64,000 bases of DNA from the IMG/VR virus record IMGVR_UViG_3300031519_004866; one strand, written 5' to 3'. The notes below the pieces were generated by a model. That model did not search any database. It was not told the DNA's origin and saw only the letters and a program-made list of their open reading frames with translations. Position 1 is the stretch's first letter, and every line of letters starts with the position of its first letter. This document shows, piece by piece, positions 19,533 to 28,883 of the stretch. The position numbers and the translations under genes were made by a program. This DNA is from a virus.

Positions 19533-20033
19533 ATGGATTGGGTAGGTAACTTTAATAACACACTAGCTCCTGAAATAAATGATCTTGTAATGATCTCAAC
19601 TGGTCAAGCTCGACCTGGTGATTGGGAACCTATTAATGCTGTTGAAGAAGATCTTTGGAAACAAGGCCAAGAAACATTTAACTTTGATAAAGTAATGTGG
19701 TATGTATATGAACAGCAAGACTTACAAATTGATCTAAAGTTTCCTTGGACAACTGGAAACTGTCATTGGTGGATCACTAAACTACTACCTGGGCAAATGA
19801 TGCCTATGCATACAGATCCACACACTCACGATGATGGCACATGCAAACGATATTGGGTACCTTTACAAGATTATATTCCTGGGCATGTTTTTATATACAA
19901 TGATGTAATGGTATCAGATTACAAAAGAGGTGATGTGTTTCAATACTCACATTCGCAAGACGAACACGGTGCAGCAAATCTTTCTTTTGTACCAAGGATA
20001 GTGCTACAAGTTACTGAGTACACCAATCATTAA
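19533..20033 (+). CDS. Fe(II)/2OG cupin oxygenase
   Basis: PGQMMPMHTD...HGAANL...RIVLQ. Confidence 0.65.
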   Translation: MDWVGNFNNTLAPEINDLVMISTGQARPGDWEPINAVEEDLWKQGQETFNFDKVMWYVYEQQDLQIDLKFPWTTGNCHWWITKLLPGQMMPMHTDPHTHDDGTCKRYWVPLQDYIPGHVFIYNDVMVSDYKRGDVFQYSHSQDEHGAANLSFVPRIVLQVTEYTNH

Positions 20034-21249
20034 TATGCCAAGTAGGGCATTTAAATTCATCAATATTATATACAAGAATATCTTTTGCAGTCCCATATAA
20101 GTTATAAGGTGTAAACGCTTCTGAAGTTCTTGAGCTAAAGTTTATTTGTGCGTCTGGCATTTCTTGCTTTAAATAATTGATTAAATGGTTCTCTTTTTGC
20201 AGTTTATACTTAATGTTGTATAGTGTATTAGTGCCTTCATAGCAAAAAATGTTGCTTATGTTGTACAATGTATACTTTATGTAACGTTTTTCCAGGTAAT
20301 CACATATATTAACATGCTCTCCTAGTAAATCCCATTTAACAAATTTGTATGTTACGTTAGGCAAACGTTCAACATTTTCTTTCCAGTAAGCTAAACTGCT
20401 TTCATTGTAATCATAAAGTACAACAGTTACAGGCTTAGTTTTGTGTATCCATGATTTATACATTTCACCACTTGCTGGAGCAACTACTTGTCTTAGATTT
20501 TCGTAAATCCTATTATGATGTTCAGTGTGATCTGTATGTATATGCTCGGTCCTGCAAAAATTATCTTTGTAATATACATACTCCAACTGCTTGTAAAAGT
20601 CAGTAGGACTTTCAGGATAAAGATGTTTTTTATTGTTTCTAATATCTTCAGGAAATGCTTTAACATGAAACCCTTTTTTTAATGCAACACTAATAATATT
20701 CCATCCGTGACATTTATGATTGTATTTGGTGTTTCCAGACGGCGTATCTAGTTTAATCCAATGAGGAGTATAGCTGTCATGAAAGTTATTAGTTGAACGT
20801 TGTACTGCTAGTTGTGTGTGCTGCTCACCAAGTTGCTGTTGTCCAATTTTTGGACACCCTAGGTCTTTATAGTTTGTTAGGTTAACCAAAAAACACTGTT
20901 GGTGCAGTTCGTAATATGCATCGCCTCTATCCAAAATATGCCCTTTAACTAGATAGTCAGGTTGGCATTCTTTGAGCAGCGCATCTATTGCTGTTGTGCC
21001 ATTAGTAAATTCAGTACCCGTAGACAGCATACAAGCGTGTTTAAAGCGTTTCATTGCTTCCTGTAGTAGTAAGTCCCCACTTGTGCCTTGCAGCACTGTA
21101 TAGCCCTTAGAGAAGAGGTTCTGTAGTGTAAAGTCAGCTTGGTTCTTAGTAAGCTCTTTGATCCACGGATCAGTTATTTTGGTAGTTGTATCCAAAATAC
21201 AAAATACTAGTTCGTTGTCGCCATTAGGATTATATTCAACTATGTTCAT
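20011..21249 (-). CDS. Hypothetical protein (412 aa)
   Basis: Long ORF coupled to the upstream oxygenase; no confident motif. Confidence 0.6.
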   Translation of the reverse strand: MNIVEYNPNGDNELVFCILDTTTKITDPWIKELTKNQADFTLQNLFSKGYTVLQGTSGDLLLQEAMKRFKHACMLSTGTEFTNGTTAIDALLKECQPDYLVKGHILDRGDAYYELHQQCFLVNLTNYKDLGCPKIGQQQLGEQHTQLAVQRSTNNFHDSYTPHWIKLDTPSGNTKYNHKCHGWNIISVALKKGFHVKAFPEDIRNNKKHLYPESPTDFYKQLEYVYYKDNFCRTEHIHTDHTEHHNRIYENLRQVVAPASGEMYKSWIHKTKPVTVVLYDYNESSLAYWKENVERLPNVTYKFVKWDLLGEHVNICDYLEKRYIKYTLYNISNIFCYEGTNTLYNIKYKLQKENHLINYLKQEMPDAQINFSSRTSEAFTPYNLYGTAKDILVYNIDEFKCPTWHINDWCTQ

Positions 21250-21967
21250 GCTGTTTTCGATAACTCCTTGCTACAAGCTCTGCAAAATCTTTTTTACTCT
21301 TTCCTGGAATGCCATGCGATATTAAATGTATCCTTGATTGATTAGATGGATTAATAACACTATGATAATTTCTAATGTTTATAATAAATGCTTTGCCTTC
21401 TTCAAAGGGAACACAGCCATATCCTTCGAGAGTCATTACACAATCCTTAGGGTGTATAATTGCTATGTTAATAGGAACCCCAAACTCTAATATATCTAAG
21501 TTATCTTCTCCAGGTAATTTACCAGGTGCGTCACTATGTGGGCTAATATAACCTTTTGGCTCTATCTGCATAAGTCGTATTCTTCGATAAGTTTCATATG
21601 GAAACTGTTGCCAAAAACTTTTTATACTTGGGGTGGATTCACTTAGCGTAGTCCATTTGTAAGGAACATCTTCTTCACGCTCATACCCATAATTTGTCCA
21701 TGCACCTGTCTTGTCAACATCGATGCCATGAATGCAGGCACTATTCCAGCCTGGGTGATCATTTCCTCTATGGTTATAGAATCTAGCATGTTGCACATCT
21801 AACTTCCATGAGTCTATAGGAATATCAATGTCTAATTCTAGCCAACCAAAGGCGGCCTCGTTTAACAACCAATGTGCTAGTTCTACATCATTGCTGCAAT
21901 TGGCAGGTGCCGCAGGCATTTTCCATGTACAATTTTTATTCTTTTCGTAGAAATTTACAGCATTCAT
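21236..21967 (-). CDS. Asp/Asn beta-hydroxylase-like oxygenase
   Basis: RIRLMQIEPKGYISPHSD...NYHSVINPSNQSRIHL. Confidence 0.8.
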   Translation of the reverse strand: MNAVNFYEKNKNCTWKMPAAPANCSNDVELAHWLLNEAAFGWLELDIDIPIDSWKLDVQHARFYNHRGNDHPGWNSACIHGIDVDKTGAWTNYGYEREEDVPYKWTTLSESTPSIKSFWQQFPYETYRRIRLMQIEPKGYISPHSDAPGKLPGEDNLDILEFGVPINIAIIHPKDCVMTLEGYGCVPFEEGKAFIINIRNYHSVINPSNQSRIHLISHGIPGKSKKDFAELVARSYRKQHEHS

Positions 21968-22006
21968 ATAGTTACTTATGTGCGTAGTTAACTTATAAAT
22001 AGTAAT

Positions 22007-22975
22007 ATGGATAATAGATTAAGCCTGCCTGATAATGAATTCGGCCAAGCAGCAGTATGCATTATCATAAACAATACTTGTAATCTTACATGTAATGAAT
22101 GTGGTACATTGCAAAATTATAACTTTGCAGGAGTAATGTCTTGGAAGGAAGAAAAGCATCTTTATGAAGAATGGGCTAAGAAAGCAAACTTCCCAGATAT
22201 TGACATACTAGGAGGAGAGCCATATCTTAATCCTGAACTACTAGATTGGGCGTTAGGTATTAAAACCCTATGGCCAGAGAGCCGAGTGAGTGTTGTAACT
22301 AACGGAACACTATTAGGATTGAAAAAGAATGTCGAAGCAACTCGTACATTTTTAGAAGCAGGTGTGTGTTTAAATTTATCAGGCCATGCTCAAAAAGATG
22401 TTCCTAAATTTAAAATGTTCATTGATAAAATTCTAGAACCATTCGGCGACAGAGCTCAAAGGATAAATCCAGATTATGATGATCCACACGGAATTGAACA
22501 TCTAGATATGTGGCAGATTGATGGACAGTATGCTATTGGACACACTCTTGTAGATAAGATGTTTCCTAATTATATAAAAGAAGTAAAAGATAACACAATA
22601 ATTTTAGATGATGGCGATAGAGAAAAGAGCCACGATGCGTGTATATACGGACAACACTGTCATACGCTACAACGAGGCAAACTATTTAAATGTCCTCTAG
22701 TGTTAAACTATGACGAATTAAAAACACAAACATACTACGAAGAAAGAGCATATCCATTATTAGAAGATTATAAAGCGTTAACAGTGGATCAAGACAAAGA
22801 AACAATGCAAGACTTTTTTAACAATATAGGAAAGTCAATTCCAGCATGTTCTTTGTGTGCTATGCATAAAAAACCAGATCCAAAAAAACTTTCAGTTGAT
22901 GTAAAATTTGATAAAAACAGAAAGAAAGCATTCAAAGGAGTAGATCTTGTCAAAGTTAAAAATCTCACATCTTGA
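22007..22975 (+). CDS. Radical SAM enzyme
   Basis: CNLTCNEC, LGGEP, VTNG, KLFKCP...CSLC; TATAAATA 5 nt upstream. Confidence 0.9.
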   Translation: MDNRLSLPDNEFGQAAVCIIINNTCNLTCNECGTLQNYNFAGVMSWKEEKHLYEEWAKKANFPDIDILGGEPYLNPELLDWALGIKTLWPESRVSVVTNGTLLGLKKNVEATRTFLEAGVCLNLSGHAQKDVPKFKMFIDKILEPFGDRAQRINPDYDDPHGIEHLDMWQIDGQYAIGHTLVDKMFPNYIKEVKDNTIILDDGDREKSHDACIYGQHCHTLQRGKLFKCPLVLNYDELKTQTYYEERAYPLLEDYKALTVDQDKETMQDFFNNIGKSIPACSLCAMHKKPDPKKLSVDVKFDKNRKKAFKGVDLVKVKNLTS

Positions 22976-23783
22976 GTGGCACGTAGCTCACTCATGTAAT
23001 CTTACATGTGTAGGGTGTGGGCATTTTAGTAATCATAGACATACAGGTATAGTAAAATATGACGAATTAGAATCTTGGTACAAGAGTTGGGCTCATAGAC
23101 TTGATCCGAAAACAATTGACATACTAGGAGGAGAGCCTCTACTAAACAAAGACATTTATAACATTCTTTTCTTAACAAGAAAGTATTGGCCAGACTGTGA
23201 AAATTTAAATTTACAAACTAATGGCTTTTTGCTTTACAAGTATCCTGACTTACCTAAAGTGCTAGAAGAAACTAATATATCTATTAGCCTTAGTAAGCAC
23301 AGTACTAAAGAAGCATATATGAAAAAGTTTACGCCTGCAGAAGAATTACTATTACAATGGAAAAAAGATTATAATATTAAAGCAGAAGTTTCCCCATGCC
23401 ATACATATTGGTTTGAAATATATAAAGGGTATGGAAACAACATGATGCCCTATGAAGATAATGATGCACAGAAAAGTTGGGATAATTGTATTACCGGACA
23501 AGATTGTTTCCAACTACTAGATAACGAAATATACAAATGTTCGCCACTAGCATATCTTCCGTTTCAAAAGAAATTATACAACTTATCTCCTAAGTGGGAT
23601 CCCTATTTAAAGTATAAGCCAATAACAGCAGATTGCACAGATCAAGATCTAGCAGAGTTTTTTGCTAGAGGATGTGAAAGTTTTTGCTCAATGTGTCCTA
23701 CTAATCCAAAGCGTATGGATCAACAAGGTGATCCAACAACACCAAGATCACACTACGAAAACATAAAAATTCAACAGGTATAA
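22947..23783 (+). CDS. Radical SAM enzyme (paralog of 22007-22975)
   Basis: CNLTCVGC, LGGEP, QTNG, IYKCSP...CSMC. Confidence 0.9.
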   Translation: MSKLKISHLEWHVAHSCNLTCVGCGHFSNHRHTGIVKYDELESWYKSWAHRLDPKTIDILGGEPLLNKDIYNILFLTRKYWPDCENLNLQTNGFLLYKYPDLPKVLEETNISISLSKHSTKEAYMKKFTPAEELLLQWKKDYNIKAEVSPCHTYWFEIYKGYGNNMMPYEDNDAQKSWDNCITGQDCFQLLDNEIYKCSPLAYLPFQKKLYNLSPKWDPYLKYKPITADCTDQDLAEFFARGCESFCSMCPTNPKRMDQQGDPTTPRSHYENIKIQQV

Positions 23784-23784
23784 T

Positions 23785-24720
23785 ATGCAAAAGTTTCCAT
23801 ACGATAAAAAACATTTACCATTTGGACATTCAGGAGCAGTCCTCGATCAAGAAGTAATGAACTTTTTGAACATGATACCTCTTAGATTCACAGAACACAT
23901 GTATGATGTAAATGTAACTGAAGAATATTTAGAAAGATATCATGCTTGGATTAGAATGTCAGCTCTAAATTTAATAGCAGGGCTAGATGATTTTCCTTAC
24001 AAATGTTACTCTCATGGTACTACTGAATCATTTGATAAGTTTTACATGAAGCACAAAGATAGAAGATTTAGATGCTTTAGAGGTGAATATCTATATCATC
24101 AGTTAGCATGGCGTGATAAATTTAATTGGTTGTATGCCGATGATGATTGCTTAGATGCTAATGACGCACTAGTTATTAGTTTACCTTTTAGTAATACAGG
24201 AAACAAACACAAGTTACACGAAGCAGCATTAAATGAATGCGATAGACTAGGTATACCTGTTTTACTTGACTGTTGTTACTTTGGTATATCGTCTGCTATA
24301 GAATTTAATTTTAAGCATGAATGTATAACTGATATTGTTTTTAGTTTATCAAAAACATTTCCAGTAGCACATGCAAGAATAGGTATGCGTTTAAGCAAAT
24401 ACGATGACGATGATACTTTGTTTGTTTATAACAAAAACAGTTACGTGAATAGACTAGGTGCTTATATAGGTTTACAGTTAATGGAAAATTACAGTCCTGA
24501 CTTTATCTACAAAAAGTATAAATCACAACAATTAGAATTTTGTAAACATCTGGATGTTGAGCCTAGCAGTACTGTGTTGTTTGGTATTGCGCCTCAAGAT
24601 AAGTATGTTGAATACAATAGAGGCAGCGGCAGTCCTGATGCTGAACTAAACAGGCTTAGTTTTCATAAATTTTTATCTATGTCAGTTGAGGAGTTTGCAC
24701 AGTGCATAAAGCAAGAGTAG
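23785..24720 (+). CDS. PLP-dependent fold-type I aminotransferase-like enzyme
   Basis: PVLLDCCY (PLP Asp), SLSKTFPVAHARIG (Schiff-base Lys motif). Confidence 0.75.
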   Translation: MQKFPYDKKHLPFGHSGAVLDQEVMNFLNMIPLRFTEHMYDVNVTEEYLERYHAWIRMSALNLIAGLDDFPYKCYSHGTTESFDKFYMKHKDRRFRCFRGEYLYHQLAWRDKFNWLYADDDCLDANDALVISLPFSNTGNKHKLHEAALNECDRLGIPVLLDCCYFGISSAIEFNFKHECITDIVFSLSKTFPVAHARIGMRLSKYDDDDTLFVYNKNSYVNRLGAYIGLQLMENYSPDFIYKKYKSQQLEFCKHLDVEPSSTVLFGIAPQDKYVEYNRGSGSPDAELNRLSFHKFLSMSVEEFAQCIKQE

Positions 24721-25889
24721 TTAATATTGAATGGACTGCTGATAATAACAGATGGAATCTTGATAAAACGGTATTCAGCGAATTAAAACTAAAGTGGATA
24801 TTCAAAGAATTTAAACAAGCAGCCAAAGACGGATGTAATACTGTTATTGCAGTAATGATGATCGATGGTGTTCTAAACCCAGAGCCAGATATTTGGCCAG
24901 GTGAAGTTGCTAGAATGAAAGAACGTTGTACAAAACTAGGAATAGAAAAACTAGTGTTTGTTTCGGGTCATGGCGGTTACGAATATATAGTACCTTTAGC
25001 ATTTGATAAAATATATGCTATTGATTACACACTCCAATTTACTTATAAGTCTTACGAAGATAGAATTACCAAAAACAAACTAACTGAATATAATCCACAT
25101 GCAGATAAATTTCTATTTCTTGGCGGCGTGCCATCGAGGATGAATCGTATAGGATTGCTTTACAAGTATTATAAACTTGGAATGTTAGACTACAATGCTA
25201 TTTGGACATTCTTTGTTCCATGGACAGAAAGTGAACGCAAAGTGTGCAAGGATTTAATGCACATGTTAACAGACGAAGATCTAACCAAGTTTTACAATTT
25301 TGCCAAAAGAAGAATAGGCGATGAGTACGAACATGCTAAACAGTTTTTTGCAGATAACACAAGTGACTGGCATGATGTTGGAGAAACTGATTGGGCTAGA
25401 GCACCTGCACTGATTAACAGTAGTATATTTCCAGAAACGTGTTTAAGCATTATTAGTGAAGGTCCTAACTATTGGGATCACAATGCAAACAATTCTTTTG
25501 TAACAGAAAAGTTTTGGAGAGCAGCATTTCACAAACATCCGTTCTTGTTTGCGGGCGACTTAGATCAATTTAAATATATGGAAACTCTTGGGTTCCGAAC
25601 CTTTGCAGAATATATGACTATACCAGAGTATGCATACCTTGAAACAGAGGAGCAACGTCTTGATGCAATTGTAACCAATACAGCAGACTTTTTAAAACTT
25701 CAGAAGCCACAAAAATTAATTGATGATATAGAACACAACTATCAATTAGCAAAGCGTTATGTTGATAAGCAACATTTACTTCTTGATCATCTAGTTGATC
25801 ATTATGGGGCACCAAGAAATGAAGTAAATTATTATCTTAATCAAACAGGATATACTAATCTAGTACAGAGGCCGCCATCGTATGAGTAA
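24702..25889 (+). CDS. Glycosyltransferase-like protein (GT10/fucosyltransferase-like C-terminal motif)
   Basis: LSIISEG...FVTEKFWRA...HPFLFAG...LGFRTF resembles the GT10 Y(V/I)TEK motif; GTG start with GAGGAG SD. Confidence 0.5.
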   Translation: MHKARVVNIEWTADNNRWNLDKTVFSELKLKWIFKEFKQAAKDGCNTVIAVMMIDGVLNPEPDIWPGEVARMKERCTKLGIEKLVFVSGHGGYEYIVPLAFDKIYAIDYTLQFTYKSYEDRITKNKLTEYNPHADKFLFLGGVPSRMNRIGLLYKYYKLGMLDYNAIWTFFVPWTESERKVCKDLMHMLTDEDLTKFYNFAKRRIGDEYEHAKQFFADNTSDWHDVGETDWARAPALINSSIFPETCLSIISEGPNYWDHNANNSFVTEKFWRAAFHKHPFLFAGDLDQFKYMETLGFRTFAEYMTIPEYAYLETEEQRLDAIVTNTADFLKLQKPQKLIDDIEHNYQLAKRYVDKQHLLLDHLVDHYGAPRNEVNYYLNQTGYTNLVQRPPSYE

Positions 25890-26796
25890 ATGTGCAGCAT
25901 TTTATAAGCATACTAATGTGCGTAGCGGAAATAGAATATTTCCTTGTTGTCGCTATAAAGAACCTATAGCTGTGTTCGACGGTAATTTAAACAGGGTACT
26001 TGACTTACCAGAGATGCAAAAGTTAAGAGAAACACCTGTTGAAGATAACCCTAATTGTGCAAAATGTGTACACGAAGAGTCGTTAGGAAAAAACAGTTTG
26101 CGTGAACGCTTTAATGCTGAGTATAACACACAAGAAGTAAAATTAGAATATTTAGAAATAGGGTTTGATAATATTTGTAATGCAGCCTGTGATGGGTGTT
26201 ATCCAGAGTTTAGCAGCGAGTGGGGTAAGATACTAGACCCAAACAAAAAGAATCATATTGTAAGCAGTGACGAAATAACTTCTATTCCAGATACTGTAAC
26301 AAAGATATTATTCTTAGGAGGCGAACCATTAATGACTAACAGACACAGACGCCTATTAGAAATGGTAACCGACCTAAGTAACATGACAGTAATATACAAC
26401 ACCAATGGTACATTTATGTTAGACAAAGAAACTATAATACAACTTGAAAAATGTAAAAGTGTTGAATTTATTCTAAGTCTTGATGGCTATGGTGAGCTAA
26501 ATGAGCGTGTAAGAAAAAACTGTAAATGGAGTAAGATAGAACGCTTTATTGATCAAGTAAAGATATGTGGTTATAAATTAAGTGTAAACACTGTACTCCA
26601 CAAAAATAACTATCACGGACTTGTTGATTTAGAAAACTATATTAACAGTTTAAAAGATGTTGAATGGTCAGTAAACATACTTACATTCCCTCAAACATTA
26701 GATGTTAATACGGTTGAAAATAAACAAGCAGTAATAGATAGTATAGTGAAAACAAATATAGCAAACAAGGAAGCACTTATTAAACATGTTACATGA
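25882..26796 (+). CDS. Radical SAM enzyme with N-terminal SPASM/twitch-like domain
   Basis: KCAAFY...PCC...CAKC, then CNAACDGC and LGGEP. Confidence 0.88.
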   Translation: MSKCAAFYKHTNVRSGNRIFPCCRYKEPIAVFDGNLNRVLDLPEMQKLRETPVEDNPNCAKCVHEESLGKNSLRERFNAEYNTQEVKLEYLEIGFDNICNAACDGCYPEFSSEWGKILDPNKKNHIVSSDEITSIPDTVTKILFLGGEPLMTNRHRRLLEMVTDLSNMTVIYNTNGTFMLDKETIIQLEKCKSVEFILSLDGYGELNERVRKNCKWSKIERFIDQVKICGYKLSVNTVLHKNNYHGLVDLENYINSLKDVEWSVNILTFPQTLDVNTVENKQAVIDSIVKTNIANKEALIKHVT

Positions 26797-27337
26797 TATT
26801 AGATTATACGCTGACTATGACAAGTTTTTACAAGTAGTAGAAGCAGCAAAGACTGCTATACCAAATAAGTTTTGTATTGTAGAACATCTAGTTAATGTAA
26901 CAGAATATGATGACAGCCCTGACTTGACAGATATACACCCAAAAGATAGAAATAACGTAGACTTCCGTGTCTGTATATTTTATCCAGACAAAGATAATAC
27001 AATACCAAGACTAAAACCTGTGTGCGATATACTTGAAAATATGCAAGGAGTTGAACGTGCTGCAATTATCAACATAGGTCCTAAGTCTATTATGCCAAAG
27101 CACATTGATGATATGGAAAGACCTTTATACGAAGAAACTCCATTCTATAATGTGTTTACAGGTTTTCAAATTCCACAAGGAGATTTAGGTGTTAAAGTTG
27201 GAGAAGATTTAGCAGACGTTAGCAACCCGATAGTTTTTAATGCACAAATACCACACGAAGCATGGAATCAAACTTCGCAAGACTGGTTATCTTTACTGAT
27301 ATATATTAATAACGATACATTTAAAAAGGAACAATAA
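26786..27337 (+). CDS. Asp/Asn beta-hydroxylase-like oxygenase
   Basis: IGPKSIMPKHID...IPHEAWN. Confidence 0.7.
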   Translation: MLHDIRLYADYDKFLQVVEAAKTAIPNKFCIVEHLVNVTEYDDSPDLTDIHPKDRNNVDFRVCIFYPDKDNTIPRLKPVCDILENMQGVERAAIINIGPKSIMPKHIDDMERPLYEETPFYNVFTGFQIPQGDLGVKVGEDLADVSNPIVFNAQIPHEAWNQTSQDWLSLLIYINNDTFKKEQ

Positions 27338-28389
27338 TGAAAGTATCTACTCACAACCATTGGGATCCCTTAGAAGAGATAGTAGTTGGAATAGCTGACC
27401 ATGCTAGAGTACCAACTGTAGATCGTAGCACTATGAGCATGAGCTACACTAATCATCCTATGGATTTGATTAAACCTTTAGAGGGTGAATATCCTAAATG
27501 GCTTATTGATGAAGCAAATGAAGATCTACAAGGGTTAAGTGATGTACTATCTAAAGCAGGTATAAAAGTACACAGACCTATTCCAATTGATCACAGCAAA
27601 GAATTTAGTACTCCTGAATGGAAAACTACAGGATGGTATACATGGTGTCCTAGAGATTTACTATTGCCTATGGATAACTTAGTTATTGAAACTCCTAGTG
27701 CTTGTCGTGCAAGACAGTACGAAACTAGAGCATACAGAGATATTATGTTAGAAGCAATTGCCGACGGTGTTGAATGGATTGCTGCGCCTAAACCAACCCT
27801 ACCGGATGAAGGCTATCAGTTTGATGACATTGAGGGTAAACCCAGTTTGTTAAATCTAGAGCCTATCTTTGATGCACCTAACTGTGTACGTCTGGGCAAA
27901 GACATATTGTTTCAAATTAGCAACACAGGAAACCATTGGGGATTAAAATGGTTGCAAAATGTACTAGAGCACAGAGGGTATCGTATACACCCTGCAGAAC
28001 ACATTTATAGTTACGGACACTTTGACAGCACAATAGTACCTCTACGTCCTGGATTAGTATTATTAAACAGTTCAAGAGTAACCGCAGAAAACTGTCCTAA
28101 AGTATTTGAGAAATGGGATAAAATTTGGTTTGATGATTGTGTTGCCCAAGGCAGCAAAATTCCAGGAGGAGTTGCACCATGCAGTCCTTACATTGGTATG
28201 AACATTTTAAGTATTGATCATAATACAGTTGTTGTAGACGATACGCAAGAACCTCTAATGCGTGAGTTAGACAAGCACGGTATTACTAGTGTACCTGTAC
28301 GCTTTAGACATGCTATGACTTTAAGTGGTGGGTTGCATTGTGCAACACTTGATTTAAAACGTAAAGGCGTATTGGAGGATTATACATAA
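27337..28389 (+). CDS. Amidinotransferase (glycine / scyllo-inosamine-4-phosphate amidinotransferase StrB1 family)
   Basis: HNHWDPLEEIVVG, CPRD, GHFDST, C-terminal GGLHCATLD with catalytic Cys. Confidence 0.9.
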   Translation: MKVSTHNHWDPLEEIVVGIADHARVPTVDRSTMSMSYTNHPMDLIKPLEGEYPKWLIDEANEDLQGLSDVLSKAGIKVHRPIPIDHSKEFSTPEWKTTGWYTWCPRDLLLPMDNLVIETPSACRARQYETRAYRDIMLEAIADGVEWIAAPKPTLPDEGYQFDDIEGKPSLLNLEPIFDAPNCVRLGKDILFQISNTGNHWGLKWLQNVLEHRGYRIHPAEHIYSYGHFDSTIVPLRPGLVLLNSSRVTAENCPKVFEKWDKIWFDDCVAQGSKIPGGVAPCSPYIGMNILSIDHNTVVVDDTQEPLMRELDKHGITSVPVRFRHAMTLSGGLHCATLDLKRKGVLEDYT

Positions 28390-28883
28390 TGTTAAAGTAT
28401 TGGGGCAATGTAACTGACTTCTGGAAAGAAGATTTACAGAATTACACATGGCCTGAGTCTGTAAGTACAGGACAGAACGAAAATTTTCATGATGCTTACT
28501 TTGATGAATCTAATAATTTAATGCAAGGGTTTGATGGGCAATTGCCAACCTGCTGTGATAGATTCTTTAAAGAACTATACATTGAAAAAAAAGAAATTAG
28601 CAGCATAAGTTGGACACAAATTAAACCGTCAGGGACTATTCCTGTACATGCAGATAAATTTTTTAAACTTAGAACAAAACATAATTTAGATATTGATGAT
28701 TGTGTAAGATATCTTATATTTTTAGAAGATTGGACGTTAGGTCATATGGTTGAGTTTGAGCAACAACCAGTTACTAAATGGAAAAAAGGTGATGTATGGA
28801 CATTTACACACGACGATTTACACTGTGCTGGAAATGCCAGTAACCATAACTTTAACACATGCCAAGTAAACACGAGGAAATAA
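28389..28883 (+). CDS. Fe(II)/2OG cupin oxygenase
   Basis: PSGTIPVHAD...RYLIFLEDW..GH...LHCAGN; same subfamily as 14294 and 19533. Confidence 0.65.
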   Translation: MLKYWGNVTDFWKEDLQNYTWPESVSTGQNENFHDAYFDESNNLMQGFDGQLPTCCDRFFKELYIEKKEISSISWTQIKPSGTIPVHADKFFKLRTKHNLDIDDCVRYLIFLEDWTLGHMVEFEQQPVTKWKKGDVWTFTHDDLHCAGNASNHNFNTCQVNTRK

